64,000 nt of DNA, taken from positions 25,790 through 89,789 of the IMG/VR virus record IMGVR_UViG_3300027486_000276; one strand, written 5' to 3'. The DNA is from a virus (lineage: Duplodnaviria > Caudoviricetes). The position numbers and the translations under genes are program-made. This document shows positions 37,819 to 47,532 of the stretch, piece by piece (the stretch's first letter is position 1; every line of letters begins with the position of its first letter). Under the pieces are notes generated by a model that did not search any database, was not told where the DNA came from, and worked only from the letters and a program-made list of their open reading frames with translations.

Positions 37819-39299
37819 AACAAAGCACCATCATTGGGATTGGCATCATTCAATGAGAATGTTTGACGCTCTCTCTCAATAATGTTAGTCAAGGAGCCTC
37901 TCTCTTCTACGCTAAAATTATTAATCTGAAAGTTGATAAAGTTTTGAACATAACGCTCATCGCCATGTTCGTTTCTTCTTCTAAGAAGATCTTGATGCCC
38001 AGCGGCATCTTTACCTTGGAAACGGCTTTTTAAGGTTATCAGCTTGTGTGTGCCGAAGTCTGGGGTGTCGCGCTCTATTTCGTCAAGAGTTTTTCTTCGG
38101 AAAATTCCGACAAAGCTTGAAAACCATTGCAGTCGATCAGATAGAGCAATCGCAGAGCTATCATCAGTTACATCTCCAGCGTTTCTATTAAAGTTTTCGC
38201 CAGCCCTATTCATTTGCATGGCAGTGAATAGCGGGGCATTAATTTCTTCTGAAATCTTTTTAAGTTTATCGATCTTTTCACCGATGGCTTGATGTTCTGC
38301 CCAGTTTTGACCTACCTTTTCTCCGGTAAGTTTAACGTAATCATAGCAAATAAGAGCAGGGTTTCCTCTTCCAACTTTGCTATAATACCATCTACGAATG
38401 AAAGATATAATCTCATCAATACTTTTATTACCGACACAATGATGAGTATAATTATATTTACTGAATTCTTTTAAGAAGCCTCTAACCTTAGTGACCATTT
38501 CAGCATTCTTACGCCAGTTTCCTGTATCAATATACCAGAAAGGCACCCCTGTCTTTGCTGCTGCAATACGAAGCTTAACGTCTTCTGAGAACATTTCAGT
38601 ATCAAGATAAAGAACACTGACTTTTTTGTTCTTTAAATAAGCTCCCAGAGACATCTCAACTAAGAAGGAGCTTTTGCCTTGACCGGGGCGGCTTACAATG
38701 GCATAGACATTTCCATTTCTTAAACCACCATAGAGTCTTGCAAACTCTGGATAATGCAATTCTATACCTGCTTCATCTTGAGGATTATTACCTTTTTCTT
38801 CTATGAAAGCTTCTATGTCTTCAAAGATATTCCTAATCTCTTCAGTAGCATCAAAAGAATTAATCTTTTCGCCATATATAGAATCTACTTCAGCTATTAT
38901 TTGATTGGCATTTTTCTCAGGATTGGTAGAAACAGTTTCTATTATTCTTTGAGCCATGCCTTTTATGTCTCGCCGAATAGAAAACTGCTTTAACTCCTTA
39001 GCGTATTTAAGAGCAGATTCTTTATTTGAAACCGCTAAAGAAAGGCAATCAATATAATCATATATATCAAGATCTTCTTGAAATGAGATTCCAAGATTTT
39101 GAATCTTTTGAGCTAATATTACTTTGTCAATTTTCTCTTTAGCATTGCAAAGTTGCCTAATAACTGAATAAACTGTTCCATTTACATCATTAGTAAAATC
39201 AATTTCTGATATAAAGTGATCTATATCATAAAAAGATTCTGAGTTTTTAATGAGCGCACCAAGCAAGGATTGCTCTACTTTAATAGAGGAAAGCTTCAT
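37815..39299 (-). CDS. dnaB: Replicative DNA helicase DnaB-like
   Basis: N-term VEQSLLGALI, Walker A SRPGQGKS, LDTEM, CYDYVK, AMQMNR, K-SRF finger. Confidence 0.93.
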   Translation of the reverse strand: MKLSSIKVEQSLLGALIKNSESFYDIDHFISEIDFTNDVNGTVYSVIRQLCNAKEKIDKVILAQKIQNLGISFQEDLDIYDYIDCLSLAVSNKESALKYAKELKQFSIRRDIKGMAQRIIETVSTNPEKNANQIIAEVDSIYGEKINSFDATEEIRNIFEDIEAFIEEKGNNPQDEAGIELHYPEFARLYGGLRNGNVYAIVSRPGQGKSSFLVEMSLGAYLKNKKVSVLYLDTEMFSEDVKLRIAAAKTGVPFWYIDTGNWRKNAEMVTKVRGFLKEFSKYNYTHHCVGNKSIDEIISFIRRWYYSKVGRGNPALICYDYVKLTGEKVGQNWAEHQAIGEKIDKLKKISEEINAPLFTAMQMNRAGENFNRNAGDVTDDSSAIALSDRLQWFSSFVGIFRRKTLDEIERDTPDFGTHKLITLKSRFQGKDAAGHQDLLRRRNEHGDERYVQNFINFQINNFSVEERGSLTNIIERERQTFSLNDANPNDGALL

Positions 39300-39315
39300 T
39301 TAAACAAAAAAAGAG

Positions 39316-39591
39316 TTATTTTTGAGCAGAACCATCTTCGTCTTCACCGTCTTCTTCATCAGAGGCAATAATGTTGTGAATAGTATTTTCTAAATTAATC
39401 TGATCAACAGCACTAAGCCAATTATTAATATAATAATGCATCGCCATTGCGTTCTGTGCATTATCGAATTTAGACCTTACTTCTGGCATTCCCTTTTTGT
39501 CAAAGGTAAACAGCAAGAACCCTCCCTGCGAGCATTCATCTATCTGTGATAGAATACTTTCTGGGAAATGAAATTCTTTATTTTTAGCCAC
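39316..39591 (-). CDS. Hypothetical protein (acidic C-terminus)
   Basis: 91-aa ORF in operon orientation, GTG start, preceded by GTGTAATATAAG motif. Confidence 0.6.
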   Translation of the reverse strand: MAKNKEFHFPESILSQIDECSQGGFLLFTFDKKGMPEVRSKFDNAQNAMAMHYYINNWLSAVDQINLENTIHNIIASDEEDGEDEDGSAQK

Positions 39592-39599
39592 AGCTTATA

Positions 39600-40019
39600 T
39601 TACACTAACGATATATTAAATGTATGATTTATGTAATCATAACTTAATTTATTTAGGTCGCTAGTCTCTAATTCTATTAATTGAAAACCATTTTTCTCTA
39701 ACCACACAGCTTTTTTGTAGTCTCTCTTAATAGAATTAAGGTAATTTAATCTTGAGTTATTATGGAAGAATTTATTGAAAGAAGAGTGCTGGTCGCCATT
39801 AACTTCTACCGCTATTTTGCGAGAGATATTAATGAAGTCAACCTTCATTCTACTTCCAAATACCGGGAACTCTTCGTAACAAACATGAGTCTTCCAAAAT
39901 GGTTTCAAGAATTGCTTTACTTGAAATTGAATTTTAGAACGAGACTCTTTTTCCCAATCTATTAAAAATTGGGAAACATTTTTGTTAATTATTCTGCCGG
40001 TTACAGAATAAAGCTTCAT
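39600..40019 (-). CDS. Vsr/DUF559-like endonuclease
   Basis: YEEFPV...KVDF...IAVEVNGDQH...RDYKKAVW..NGFQLIEL. Confidence 0.8.
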   Translation of the reverse strand: MKLYSVTGRIINKNVSQFLIDWEKESRSKIQFQVKQFLKPFWKTHVCYEEFPVFGSRMKVDFINISRKIAVEVNGDQHSSFNKFFHNNSRLNYLNSIKRDYKKAVWLEKNGFQLIELETSDLNKLSYDYINHTFNISLV

Positions 40020-41167
40020 TTTGATTGAACGGCTTTGAGCTTATTGAACAAATGCTTCGTAGCGTCAGTATTTTCTTCAAGCCACTTCCTGAAGTTTTCT
40101 CTTCCCTGATGTTGCTTTGGCATATCAATTCCAACCGTCTTCAACTCTTCAATTAGAGAATCATCGACAGTGATCCACGCGCCTTTTGCAACGACAAGAT
40201 CCCACATCAACAAGCAATCAAGAATTTCATACTCTACCCAAATGCCAGAAGGCTTTTTGCCAAACTTAATTGGATACTGAATAATATTCTTGCGAGTAGC
40301 TTCACTGGTAGACTTTTGAATCATCACTTTGGAATATTTTCCAATTGATTTAGTCTTACCATCATTCATTTTGCCAGATGGGTTGTCAAGAATATAATCT
40401 CCCATTGCAGTTGGACTATACTCTAGGATGAAGTCTGCCCAATGCAAGAGAGCATTTCCGCCGCTAAACATTCCTCCTCTTGGGGCGTTCTTAGCATAAG
40501 GATCAATCTTAATTTCAGAAGTAATCTGACTAATAGCAATCATCAAGTGACCATGCTTGAACATTCCAATACTTAGTGACTGCAAAAGCTTTTTACTGAT
40601 GACTTGAGTTCCCGCGACCTTGCTCGCGTCTGCTGGGCTAGTGTCTTTGTCTCTCTTCAAGATAAGACCATCCATCGAATCAATTACAAAACAATAACGA
40701 TGATCTTCTGCATTATTAAGAACGAGATCTTTAATAACGTCAATTACTAAATCATAAACATTAGACTCAAGAATAAAAACTGAACCATCAGTCCATTCAG
40801 AAGCGTCGGTGACAAACTTCATGCCGCAACGCTCTCTGTTCTCTTTAGATAAACGGCCCTCTGCCAACACCCAAACCACTCTGCTCTTAGGAATCTCTGC
40901 AAGGAAATTTCTGCAAATCTCTAAAGCTTGTGGAGTTTTGCCTTCGTTATTTGGTCCGCAAAGACGAATTAGAGAAGGGGTAATGCCTCCACCTACTGCT
41001 GCGTCTAATAGAAGACTGCCAGTTGAGATCTTCCAAGTAACTGCTTCTTCGAAATTAAAATGATCATCCTTATGATCTTTGTTATTTAAAATTGCTTGGA
41101 GTCTGCTTGAAGCTCCAACGGTTGATACTTTTTCTTCAGGTTGCTGTTGTTTCGGAGGTCTCGCCAT
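40016..41167 (-). CDS. recA: RecA/UvsX-like recombinase
   Basis: ISTGSLLLDAAVGGG, Walker A GPNNEGKT, FVIDS, ISQITSEI, GGNALLHWA. Confidence 0.9.
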   Translation of the reverse strand: MARPPKQQQPEEKVSTVGASSRLQAILNNKDHKDDHFNFEEAVTWKISTGSLLLDAAVGGGITPSLIRLCGPNNEGKTPQALEICRNFLAEIPKSRVVWVLAEGRLSKENRERCGMKFVTDASEWTDGSVFILESNVYDLVIDVIKDLVLNNAEDHRYCFVIDSMDGLILKRDKDTSPADASKVAGTQVISKKLLQSLSIGMFKHGHLMIAISQITSEIKIDPYAKNAPRGGMFSGGNALLHWADFILEYSPTAMGDYILDNPSGKMNDGKTKSIGKYSKVMIQKSTSEATRKNIIQYPIKFGKKPSGIWVEYEILDCLLMWDLVVAKGAWITVDDSLIEELKTVGIDMPKQHQGRENFRKWLEENTDATKHLFNKLKAVQSK

Positions 41168-41528
41168 AATTCAGGAATTCTTTTAAAGTTTTGGGCTTTT
41201 TTACAATGGGGATGTCTTCGCCCACCTTGCCGTTTAGTTCATTATAGCTGACCGCAAGCTTTGAGTCAAAGCTTTCTTTGAGCTTTTCTTTGGAGTCTTT
41301 GAGGTCTTTTTGCTGAAGAAATAGCTGATATCTATTAATTAGTATTTCTAAATTTTTTTCAGATTGCAAAAACGCAAGATTGCTGACTGTTGGGTATGGC
41401 TCAACCCAATCCCAAAAGTCTCTATCTGGAAATTTTTTTAAGAGCCTTGAGGCAGTTTTCATGTCTCTGGCCCAGTTTATGTCTTTTTCTCTTACAAATT
41501 TTTCAACAATAGTTTGATGAGTTGACAT
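41136..41528 (-). CDS. Hypothetical protein
   Basis: 130-aa ORF overlapping neighbours in operon orientation; no recognised motif. Confidence 0.6.
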   Translation of the reverse strand: MSTHQTIVEKFVREKDINWARDMKTASRLLKKFPDRDFWDWVEPYPTVSNLAFLQSEKNLEILINRYQLFLQQKDLKDSKEKLKESFDSKLAVSYNELNGKVGEDIPIVKKPKTLKEFLNYGETSETTAT

Positions 41529-42580
41529 TATGATTCTTTAATATCCGCAGCTACCATGTCTTTTACTAACTGATGGAAAGACCATTTCGGATTCCAACCT
41601 AGTTCTTGTCTGGCCCTGTTTGAGTCTCCAAGGAGCAAATCAACCTCTGCGGGGCGGAAGAATTTTGGATCGATTTTGACCAGTACAGATGAGTTGACTT
41701 CATTCTTGATGGCGTATTCAGTCGAAATAGAGTACTCTTCATTCGTTCCTTGCCCATGCCAAAATCCTTCTATTCCTGCTTCTTTAAAAGCGAGTTCAAT
41801 AAATTCTCTAATTGTATGAGTTTCATTACTAGAGAGAACATACTCATTTGGCTTTTCTTGGTTCAACATCTTCCACACGCCGTCCACAAAGTCAAAAGCA
41901 TGGCTCCAGTCTCTCTTCGCGTCAACATTTCCAAGACGAATTGGCTCAAAAGATTCTCCTTTTTGAATAGCTTTATTAATTCTAGCAATTCCTTTAGTTA
42001 CTTTTCTAGTAACAAACTCTTCTCCTCTTCTTGGAGATTCATGATTAAAAAGATAACCTTGAATTGCAAAAAGATTATAAGACTCACGATATACTTTAAC
42101 TATATGTCTTGCAGCGCATTTCGCGGCTCCATAAGGAGACCTTGGAGAAAGAGGATGCTTCTCGTCTTGAGGAGCGTACTTTACATCTCCAAACTCTTCA
42201 GAACTTCCAGCATTATAAAATTTACAATGAGGAGCGTGTTTGTGGACTGCCTCAAGACATCTTATAACACCCATCGCACCTGCGTCAAATGTTTGTTCTG
42301 GAATCTGCCAGCTTGATCCAACGAAAGATTGAGCAGCAAAATTAATAAAATAATCAGGCTTAACTTCTCTTACCGCATTATCAACTGATTGAGAATCTGA
42401 AAGATCAAGAGTGATTAGATTAAACCTTTTGTTATCAAGATGTTGTTCAAAATTAGAATAGTTAGGTTTAGAAATCCTTCTTACTGCTCCAAAGATATTA
42501 AAATTAGTATTCTCAATAAGATAGTCCACCATGTAAGACCCATCTTGTCCTGAGATTCCGGTAATAATTACATTTTTCAT
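41528..42580 (-). CDS. gmd: GDP-mannose 4,6-dehydratase
   Basis: ITGISGQDGSY, NFAAQSFV, YNAGSSEEFG, SPYGAAK, FNHESPRRG..FVTRK, GNVDAKRDW, FRPAEVDLLLGD. Confidence 0.97.
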   Translation of the reverse strand: MKNVIITGISGQDGSYMVDYLIENTNFNIFGAVRRISKPNYSNFEQHLDNKRFNLITLDLSDSQSVDNAVREVKPDYFINFAAQSFVGSSWQIPEQTFDAGAMGVIRCLEAVHKHAPHCKFYNAGSSEEFGDVKYAPQDEKHPLSPRSPYGAAKCAARHIVKVYRESYNLFAIQGYLFNHESPRRGEEFVTRKVTKGIARINKAIQKGESFEPIRLGNVDAKRDWSHAFDFVDGVWKMLNQEKPNEYVLSSNETHTIREFIELAFKEAGIEGFWHGQGTNEEYSISTEYAIKNEVNSSVLVKIDPKFFRPAEVDLLLGDSNRARQELGWNPKWSFHQLVKDMVAADIKES

Positions 42581-42915
42581 GTTTTTTGTTCTGTTAGATT
42601 AGTGAGAAAAAATCTTTTTTGTAATGCTATTTTCGCGTAATGCCGTTCCATATTTGCGCTATCGACTTCTTTTGCTGAGATATTACCATATCTAGCAAGC
42701 TCAACAGCATCAAAAGTTTTCTTATTAACTGATACCATATTTTCATATTCTTGGGAGTTAATAATTTGAATAAATAAATCTTTAGGTAATTGAGCTTTTA
42801 TATAATTATAGCAATTTTGCCAAGTCTCTTTCGCTTGATCTGAGCGGTCGCTCTTTATCTGTAATATGCTTAAGAAATCAAAAGCATAAGCCTCGTCTGT
42901 GCAAATATTAATCAT
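42577..42915 (-). CDS. DUF6165/DUF4254-like helical protein
   Basis: AFDFLSILQIK...VNKKTFDAVELAR...ANMERHYAK resembles the D+tILxIK...N..LW...AR...N..R..K pattern seen in glycan loci. Confidence 0.45.
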   Translation of the reverse strand: MINICTDEAYAFDFLSILQIKSDRSDQAKETWQNCYNYIKAQLPKDLFIQIINSQEYENMVSVNKKTFDAVELARYGNISAKEVDSANMERHYAKIALQKRFFLTNLTEQKT

Positions 42916-42916
42916 T

Positions 42917-44089
42917 TTATAAAAGATTGATTAGTTTATCTATGTCTTCGCGTTTTACGTCTTTATTTAAACCAACATAGAATCCGTTTCTATTTAAGAA
43001 TTCGCTATTAGGGAAAACTTCTCCTTTTGCAAACTCTTTGAACGCTGGATTGATTGGAAGGTAACAAATTACTGGTCGAGTCTCCCAGCCGTTTAAGTTT
43101 AATATCTTCTTTATGTGTTTAATTGATTTACTCTCTGTTATTAGCGGAAGACAGAATGGAACGATATCTGGATTAAGCTTCTTGTATTCAACTGGGAGCT
43201 TGGATACAAAATATTGCCAAATTTCTTTTCTTTGATTTATATAGTCATAATATCTTTCAGTATCCATCAAGGCAAAAAAAGCGTTTAGATCTGTTGTTCT
43301 ATAATTTGTTCCAACTTTATAAAACAGAAATTCAGGATCGACTTCTGGATTGTCTTTTTCTATTTCTTGTCTGACTACATTGTTTTTTGGTAGAACTCTA
43401 GTTAATCCGTGGCTTCGGATCATTTGAGCATTTATATAGAACTCGCTGTTCTTAATAAAATCTTCTTGCATGAACAGCATACCCATTTCAATACCGCAGA
43501 TTTGATGCGCCCAAAAGAAAGAAGTCGTTGTCATGTCAAAACAACGAAGAATATTCTTATCAAGATATTCTCCCATTGTTGTTTCGCAGAGATCAGCAAA
43601 TAGATAAGCGTTATACTTTTCTTTTAATTCGGTTAGCTTTTTAATGTCAGGAATAAAACCAATTAAAGCAGTAGGCCAGATTACCTTAACTTTTTTAGAA
43701 TTCTTTGTGCTTTCTAGTTTCTTTTCTAACTGCTGATAATCAAAACTAAAATCATTTAGATTAATGTCTACAAAAACTACTTTACATCCTCTCATTATCC
43801 AAGGACTTATAGATGATGCCCATGTTGTTGAAGGGACAAAAACAGTAATATCCTTTGGGTCAAGATTGAGACTCTGGATGAAAGTCTCTACTAAAAGATG
43901 ATTGGCGGTTGAACCAGAAGAAACAGCTACACATTTAGTATTCGGTCCTGCGATCTGTTCCCACTTTTTCTCTAGTTCAATAACTTTAGGCCCAGTAGTG
44001 AGACGATTCTTCTTATTAACAACAAATAAAGCTGCCTTAATTCTATCTAGTAGAGAAAAGTTGTCTGTTTGTAAAGGATATTGATACAT
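42917..44089 (-). CDS. DegT-family PLP enzyme, ColD-like GDP-4-keto-6-deoxymannose 3-dehydratase
   Basis: VSSGSTANHL, ADLCETTMG, TSFFWAHQICGIEMG with His at the usual Schiff-base Lys position; adjacent to gmd. Confidence 0.78.
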   Translation of the reverse strand: MYQYPLQTDNFSLLDRIKAALFVVNKKNRLTTGPKVIELEKKWEQIAGPNTKCVAVSSGSTANHLLVETFIQSLNLDPKDITVFVPSTTWASSISPWIMRGCKVVFVDINLNDFSFDYQQLEKKLESTKNSKKVKVIWPTALIGFIPDIKKLTELKEKYNAYLFADLCETTMGEYLDKNILRCFDMTTTSFFWAHQICGIEMGMLFMQEDFIKNSEFYINAQMIRSHGLTRVLPKNNVVRQEIEKDNPEVDPEFLFYKVGTNYRTTDLNAFFALMDTERYYDYINQRKEIWQYFVSKLPVEYKKLNPDIVPFCLPLITESKSIKHIKKILNLNGWETRPVICYLPINPAFKEFAKGEVFPNSEFLNRNGFYVGLNKDVKREDIDKLINLL

Positions 44090-44095
44090 AGACTA

Positions 44096-44977
44096 TTATA
44101 GTAAATTTTTAATATTTTCTAAAACTTTATCTTTAGATATTCCAGAGCATCCGCCTTTTATAAATTCATTAAATAGGCTTATGTTGTTTTTGTTAATTGG
44201 CTGCAAACAAGTTGGATTTTGAAAATGGTTTACGTTCCAATTTGTAAGCAATGTTATTTGAGGGTGAGAATATGCTCCCATGACTAAAGAAAATCCAGAA
44301 TCTGTGCCTATATACATATCACATCCTAAAGCTATTTGGATCTGCTCAAGAAAAGATAAGTGACGCAAATCATTACATTTTGTAAGTTCTGGTTCTTTTG
44401 GATGTCCTAATCTAATAACTTTAAACCCTTGTTTAGTTAATGATTCTATTAATTCAGCCCACCATTCTTTGTTTGGGCTTCTGTGGTTATCTCTTCCATA
44501 TCCAGCGAAGCAATGGACTGCTATTGTGTTTGATTCTCTGTTGGTATTAAACCATTTTGTAAGAGATGGAGTTTTTTCTTCTTCTGTTAGAGCTTCAAAT
44601 TCTTTTAAATCAATACCTGCCATTACCCAAGTTTCTTGAAGCATATTCCTATGATCATGCCAGCACTCTCCAAATGGGTGTTGTGGAGTTGTATTAAATA
44701 CAAAATCGCATTGCTTGGCTAGTTCTATATCTTTAGGGCCAAAGCCTTCTTCGCAATCAGTAATTACTATTTTATCAATTAAAGGATGATTATAAAATAA
44801 AGGAGCAGACTGAGAACACTTTTTAGCAACGTGCCAGTATTTATAACTGTTTGGTCTACGCTTTTCGACAAATTGCAAAACTGGTAAACTCATTATGCAG
44901 TCTCCAATTAGAGACTGTCTGACTCCTAATACTTTGAAATTTTTGCCTTCTTTCATTAGTTTATTACTTTTTTCCAA
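44096..44977 (-). CDS. GT9-like glycosyltransferase
   Basis: RQSLIGDCIMSLPVL, IAVHCFAG...RSPNKEWW, LSFLEQIQIALGCDMYIGTDSGFS. Confidence 0.82.
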   Translation of the reverse strand: MEKSNKLMKEGKNFKVLGVRQSLIGDCIMSLPVLQFVEKRRPNSYKYWHVAKKCSQSAPLFYNHPLIDKIVITDCEEGFGPKDIELAKQCDFVFNTTPQHPFGECWHDHRNMLQETWVMAGIDLKEFEALTEEEKTPSLTKWFNTNRESNTIAVHCFAGYGRDNHRSPNKEWWAELIESLTKQGFKVIRLGHPKEPELTKCNDLRHLSFLEQIQIALGCDMYIGTDSGFSLVMGAYSHPQITLLTNWNVNHFQNPTCLQPINKNNISLFNEFIKGGCSGISKDKVLENIKNLL

Positions 44978-45756
44978 TCAACAAGAGGGGCTAGGAATGG
45001 GTTAATGCAATGAGTTGAAACGCTTGGCATAGGAGTCCAAAAGTTTGTTTTGTGTTTAGTCAGTAATTGATATCCAATTTCGCAGTCCGAATATCCTTTA
45101 ATCCAAACCTCTTGGTCTCTTAAAAACAGAGATTTTGACATGATCATTGATAGCCCACAGTTTGGTAAATTTCTCCAATGTCTAGCGTTTGAAACAATAA
45201 TTTCAGACTTCAAGTCTCTATACATTCCCCAATGCTTCTCTAAATTATAATTATTAATTGTAGACTCTGTTTGTCTGAAAATATACTTGTCATTATGATC
45301 GTATAAACAAACGTAATCATTATTTGAAATAAAATTATTAAAAAGATCTAATGTTATCTGCGGCCAGTATGGCAGGTGCAAATAGTCTTCTTCTAAAATA
45401 TAAATCAAACAATCATCTGCAATAACACCATTTTGTATATCTTGAAGAATTACTTCAGATGTTGCAGCTACAGAATGACTCCAAGATTCTTCAGAAAATG
45501 TTTCTCTGGTCTTATTTTTCGTGCTTATAAAAACTAGTTTAAAAGTGTTTCCATTTTTGTTATAGTATTTTGAAATAAAATGACTATTAAAATCCTCCTC
45601 TCTTTCAAAACAAACAGTTAAAGAGCAACTTTGATTTATTGTATTTAGTAAATTGACGAAGACTTTTTCTGTATTAAACCAATCAGGTCTGTCTGGGTTG
45701 TTCCTAAGACCAGAAAATTGGCGAAGATAGATTTGGATTTTATTATATTTATTCAT
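44956..45756 (-). CDS. Putative GT-A fold glycosyltransferase
   Basis: IYILEEDYLH acidic motif, YVCLYDHNDKY, WTPMPSVSTH; glycan-island context. Confidence 0.55.
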   Translation of the reverse strand: MNKYNKIQIYLRQFSGLRNNPDRPDWFNTEKVFVNLLNTINQSCSLTVCFEREEDFNSHFISKYYNKNGNTFKLVFISTKNKTRETFSEESWSHSVAATSEVILQDIQNGVIADDCLIYILEEDYLHLPYWPQITLDLFNNFISNNDYVCLYDHNDKYIFRQTESTINNYNLEKHWGMYRDLKSEIIVSNARHWRNLPNCGLSMIMSKSLFLRDQEVWIKGYSDCEIGYQLLTKHKTNFWTPMPSVSTHCINPFLAPLVDWKKVIN

Positions 45757-45761
45757 TTAAC

Positions 45762-46247
45762 TCAGTGAGATTCTCTTTTTATTCCCATGAAGGCTGGTTT
45801 CGAATTAAACAAGTATTCTTTAAAGCTGTTCTTTAGTTCTTCTTTATCGTTTGGGATAAAGTTTTGAATATTTGGAAATAGATTTAGTATATCTTTGTAA
45901 TCATTAGAATGATGAGTAAATCCTAAGTTTCCATAATCTTCATTTAAACCTCCTCCTAACAGTTTAACGGGAATTTGTTCATGGTTTACATAGTTCCTAA
46001 TCCATTCAAATGGGCGACAGAGCAGAAAAGAAGTTACAGAATAACAAACTGGAATTTTATTTTCCAAAGCAAGACCCACTCCTGCGCCTATTAGTAATTG
46101 TTCTGCCGCTCCAACGTTATAGAATCTGTCAGGATAATCATCTCTAATTTTATCCCACATACCAAACCCTAAATCGGCAGTAAGAAGATAAATATCTTTA
46201 TTTACCTTCATTTCTTCATGTAGTAATTGAGCAAATAGTCTTCTCAT
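45762..46247 (-). CDS. Transketolase-like pyrimidine-binding subunit (lacks C-terminal domain)
   Basis: LLTADLGFG, RFYNVGAAEQLLIGAGVGLA, FLLCRPFEWIR, GFTHH. Confidence 0.9.
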   Translation of the reverse strand: MRRLFAQLLHEEMKVNKDIYLLTADLGFGMWDKIRDDYPDRFYNVGAAEQLLIGAGVGLALENKIPVCYSVTSFLLCRPFEWIRNYVNHEQIPVKLLGGGLNEDYGNLGFTHHSNDYKDILNLFPNIQNFIPNDKEELKNSFKEYLFNSKPAFMGIKRESH

Positions 46248-46901
46248 TTATAGCCTTTTTAAAACTATTAGATAGCTTGATTCTGCTTCGATTACAGTCT
46301 TCCATTTGCCTTCATTTAGTATTTCTTGATATAGCTCGTACAAGCCTTCGATATGACCGTTTGGAATTACATCGTGCAAACAAAGAAATCCTCCTTGGAC
46401 AATTTTATCTTTTACAATTTCATATCCAATTCTCATGCTCTTTATTAAATCCATATCTAATAAAGCATAATGCAAATAAGGTATATCTTTTAAAGAATCT
46501 TCTCCGATTAAACCTTTATGCAAAATTACATTACTTAATCCTTGATCGTCTAATACTTTTCTTTGGTATTCATAAGAAAGCATTTCTTCTGTAAGATGGG
46601 GGATTCTTTCGTTTCCTGCATATCTATTATCATACCACCTGTCCATGCATCTAGCTTCAAAAGAATTCGGATCATCTGATAACTGTGCTGGATGGCCTTC
46701 AAAGGTATCGAAAGCGTGGACTTGCCCAATTCCTTTCCATAGTTTACCAACTGCTTCTGGTCCACCGCCATATGCAGTTCCCATTTCCGCTCCAATTAGA
46801 TCTTTTTTAAATTTCTTTCTCAGCATGGCGGCAACGCCAAGCATCAAATAGTCGGCACCATTAACATTATTAATCCAGTATAGCTTGTTATTATATATCA
46901 T
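46248..46901 (-). CDS. TylF/MycF-like O-methyltransferase
   Basis: AEMGTAYGGG, AFDTFEGHP, LHKGLIGE, LLDMDL..S, GGFLCLHD. Confidence 0.82.
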   Translation of the reverse strand: MIYNNKLYWINNVNGADYLMLGVAAMLRKKFKKDLIGAEMGTAYGGGPEAVGKLWKGIGQVHAFDTFEGHPAQLSDDPNSFEARCMDRWYDNRYAGNERIPHLTEEMLSYEYQRKVLDDQGLSNVILHKGLIGEDSLKDIPYLHYALLDMDLIKSMRIGYEIVKDKIVQGGFLCLHDVIPNGHIEGLYELYQEILNEGKWKTVIEAESSYLIVLKRL

Positions 46902-47532
46902 ACGCTTTAATTTGTTCCCAGTCCTCTTGTGTTAACGTTTTGTAGTGTGCAGAAAGACCATTTAGAAAAGGCATATCTCTAAAATCTGTTTCTACTACTT
47001 TAACTTTATTATCTGTCTGAATATCAAAACTCGCAATTTTTCTTTTTAACTCTCCTACATCTACCGATTTATACGCAGCAAAGCCGTTTGCGTTTACATA
47101 TAAAAACAAATTGTCTATCTTGTTTTCAGAAATAAAGTTTAAGCTTTCCCAAAAACTGCCCTCGTAGGATTCGCCGTCTGAAGATAGTACATATACTTTT
47201 TTATTTTTATTTGCTATTGCTGATCCAACCCCTATTGTTATTCCTGTTCCAAGGCTTCCAGTTGAGCAATAAATTTTATCAGCTAGGTCTCTATGAGGAT
47301 GAAGACCGTGTTTAAGATAAAGTCCTTCAGCATTTAATCCAAGATACTTTTCTAAAACTACATAAAGAGCCAAACCTGCGTGTCCAGAAGATAGAATAAA
47401 AATATCATCTTCTGTTTTCTTGGAAAAAATTTCGTCAATAATATCTACAGCAGAAACAAAACTTCCAATGTGAGAGATCTTGTATTTATAGCATATTTCT
47501 AATATGCGCTTTTTTAAAGGATTAATTTTCAT
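46891..47532 (-). CDS. Transketolase-like ThDP-binding N-terminal subunit
   Basis: SHIGSFVSAVD, FILSSGHAGLALY, STGSLGTG, SDGESYEGSFWE...N ThDP motif. Confidence 0.92.
   Translation of the reverse strand: MKINPLKKRILEICYKYKISHIGSFVSAVDIIDEIFSKKTEDDIFILSSGHAGLALYVVLEKYLGLNAEGLYLKHGLHPHRDLADKIYCSTGSLGTGITIGVGSAIANKNKKVYVLSSDGESYEGSFWESLNFISENKIDNLFLYVNANGFAAYKSVDVGELKRKIASFDIQTDNKVKVVETDFRDMPFLNGLSAHYKTLTQEDWEQIKAYDI

Noticed and set aside
32030-41167. Inteins or group I introns in dnaE, dnaB, recA (and nrdJ)
   Set aside because: Protein lengths and motif spacing are normal; no C/S...HN splice termini or LAGLIDADG inserts seen.
41750-42316. 188-aa + strand ORF
   Set aside because: Antisense to highly conserved gmd; Ser/Phe-rich shadow composition.
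42917-44089. Perosamine synthase (aminotransferase) call for the DegT gene next to gmd
   Set aside because: Catalytic Lys position holds His (SFFWAHQ), which fits a 3-dehydratase.
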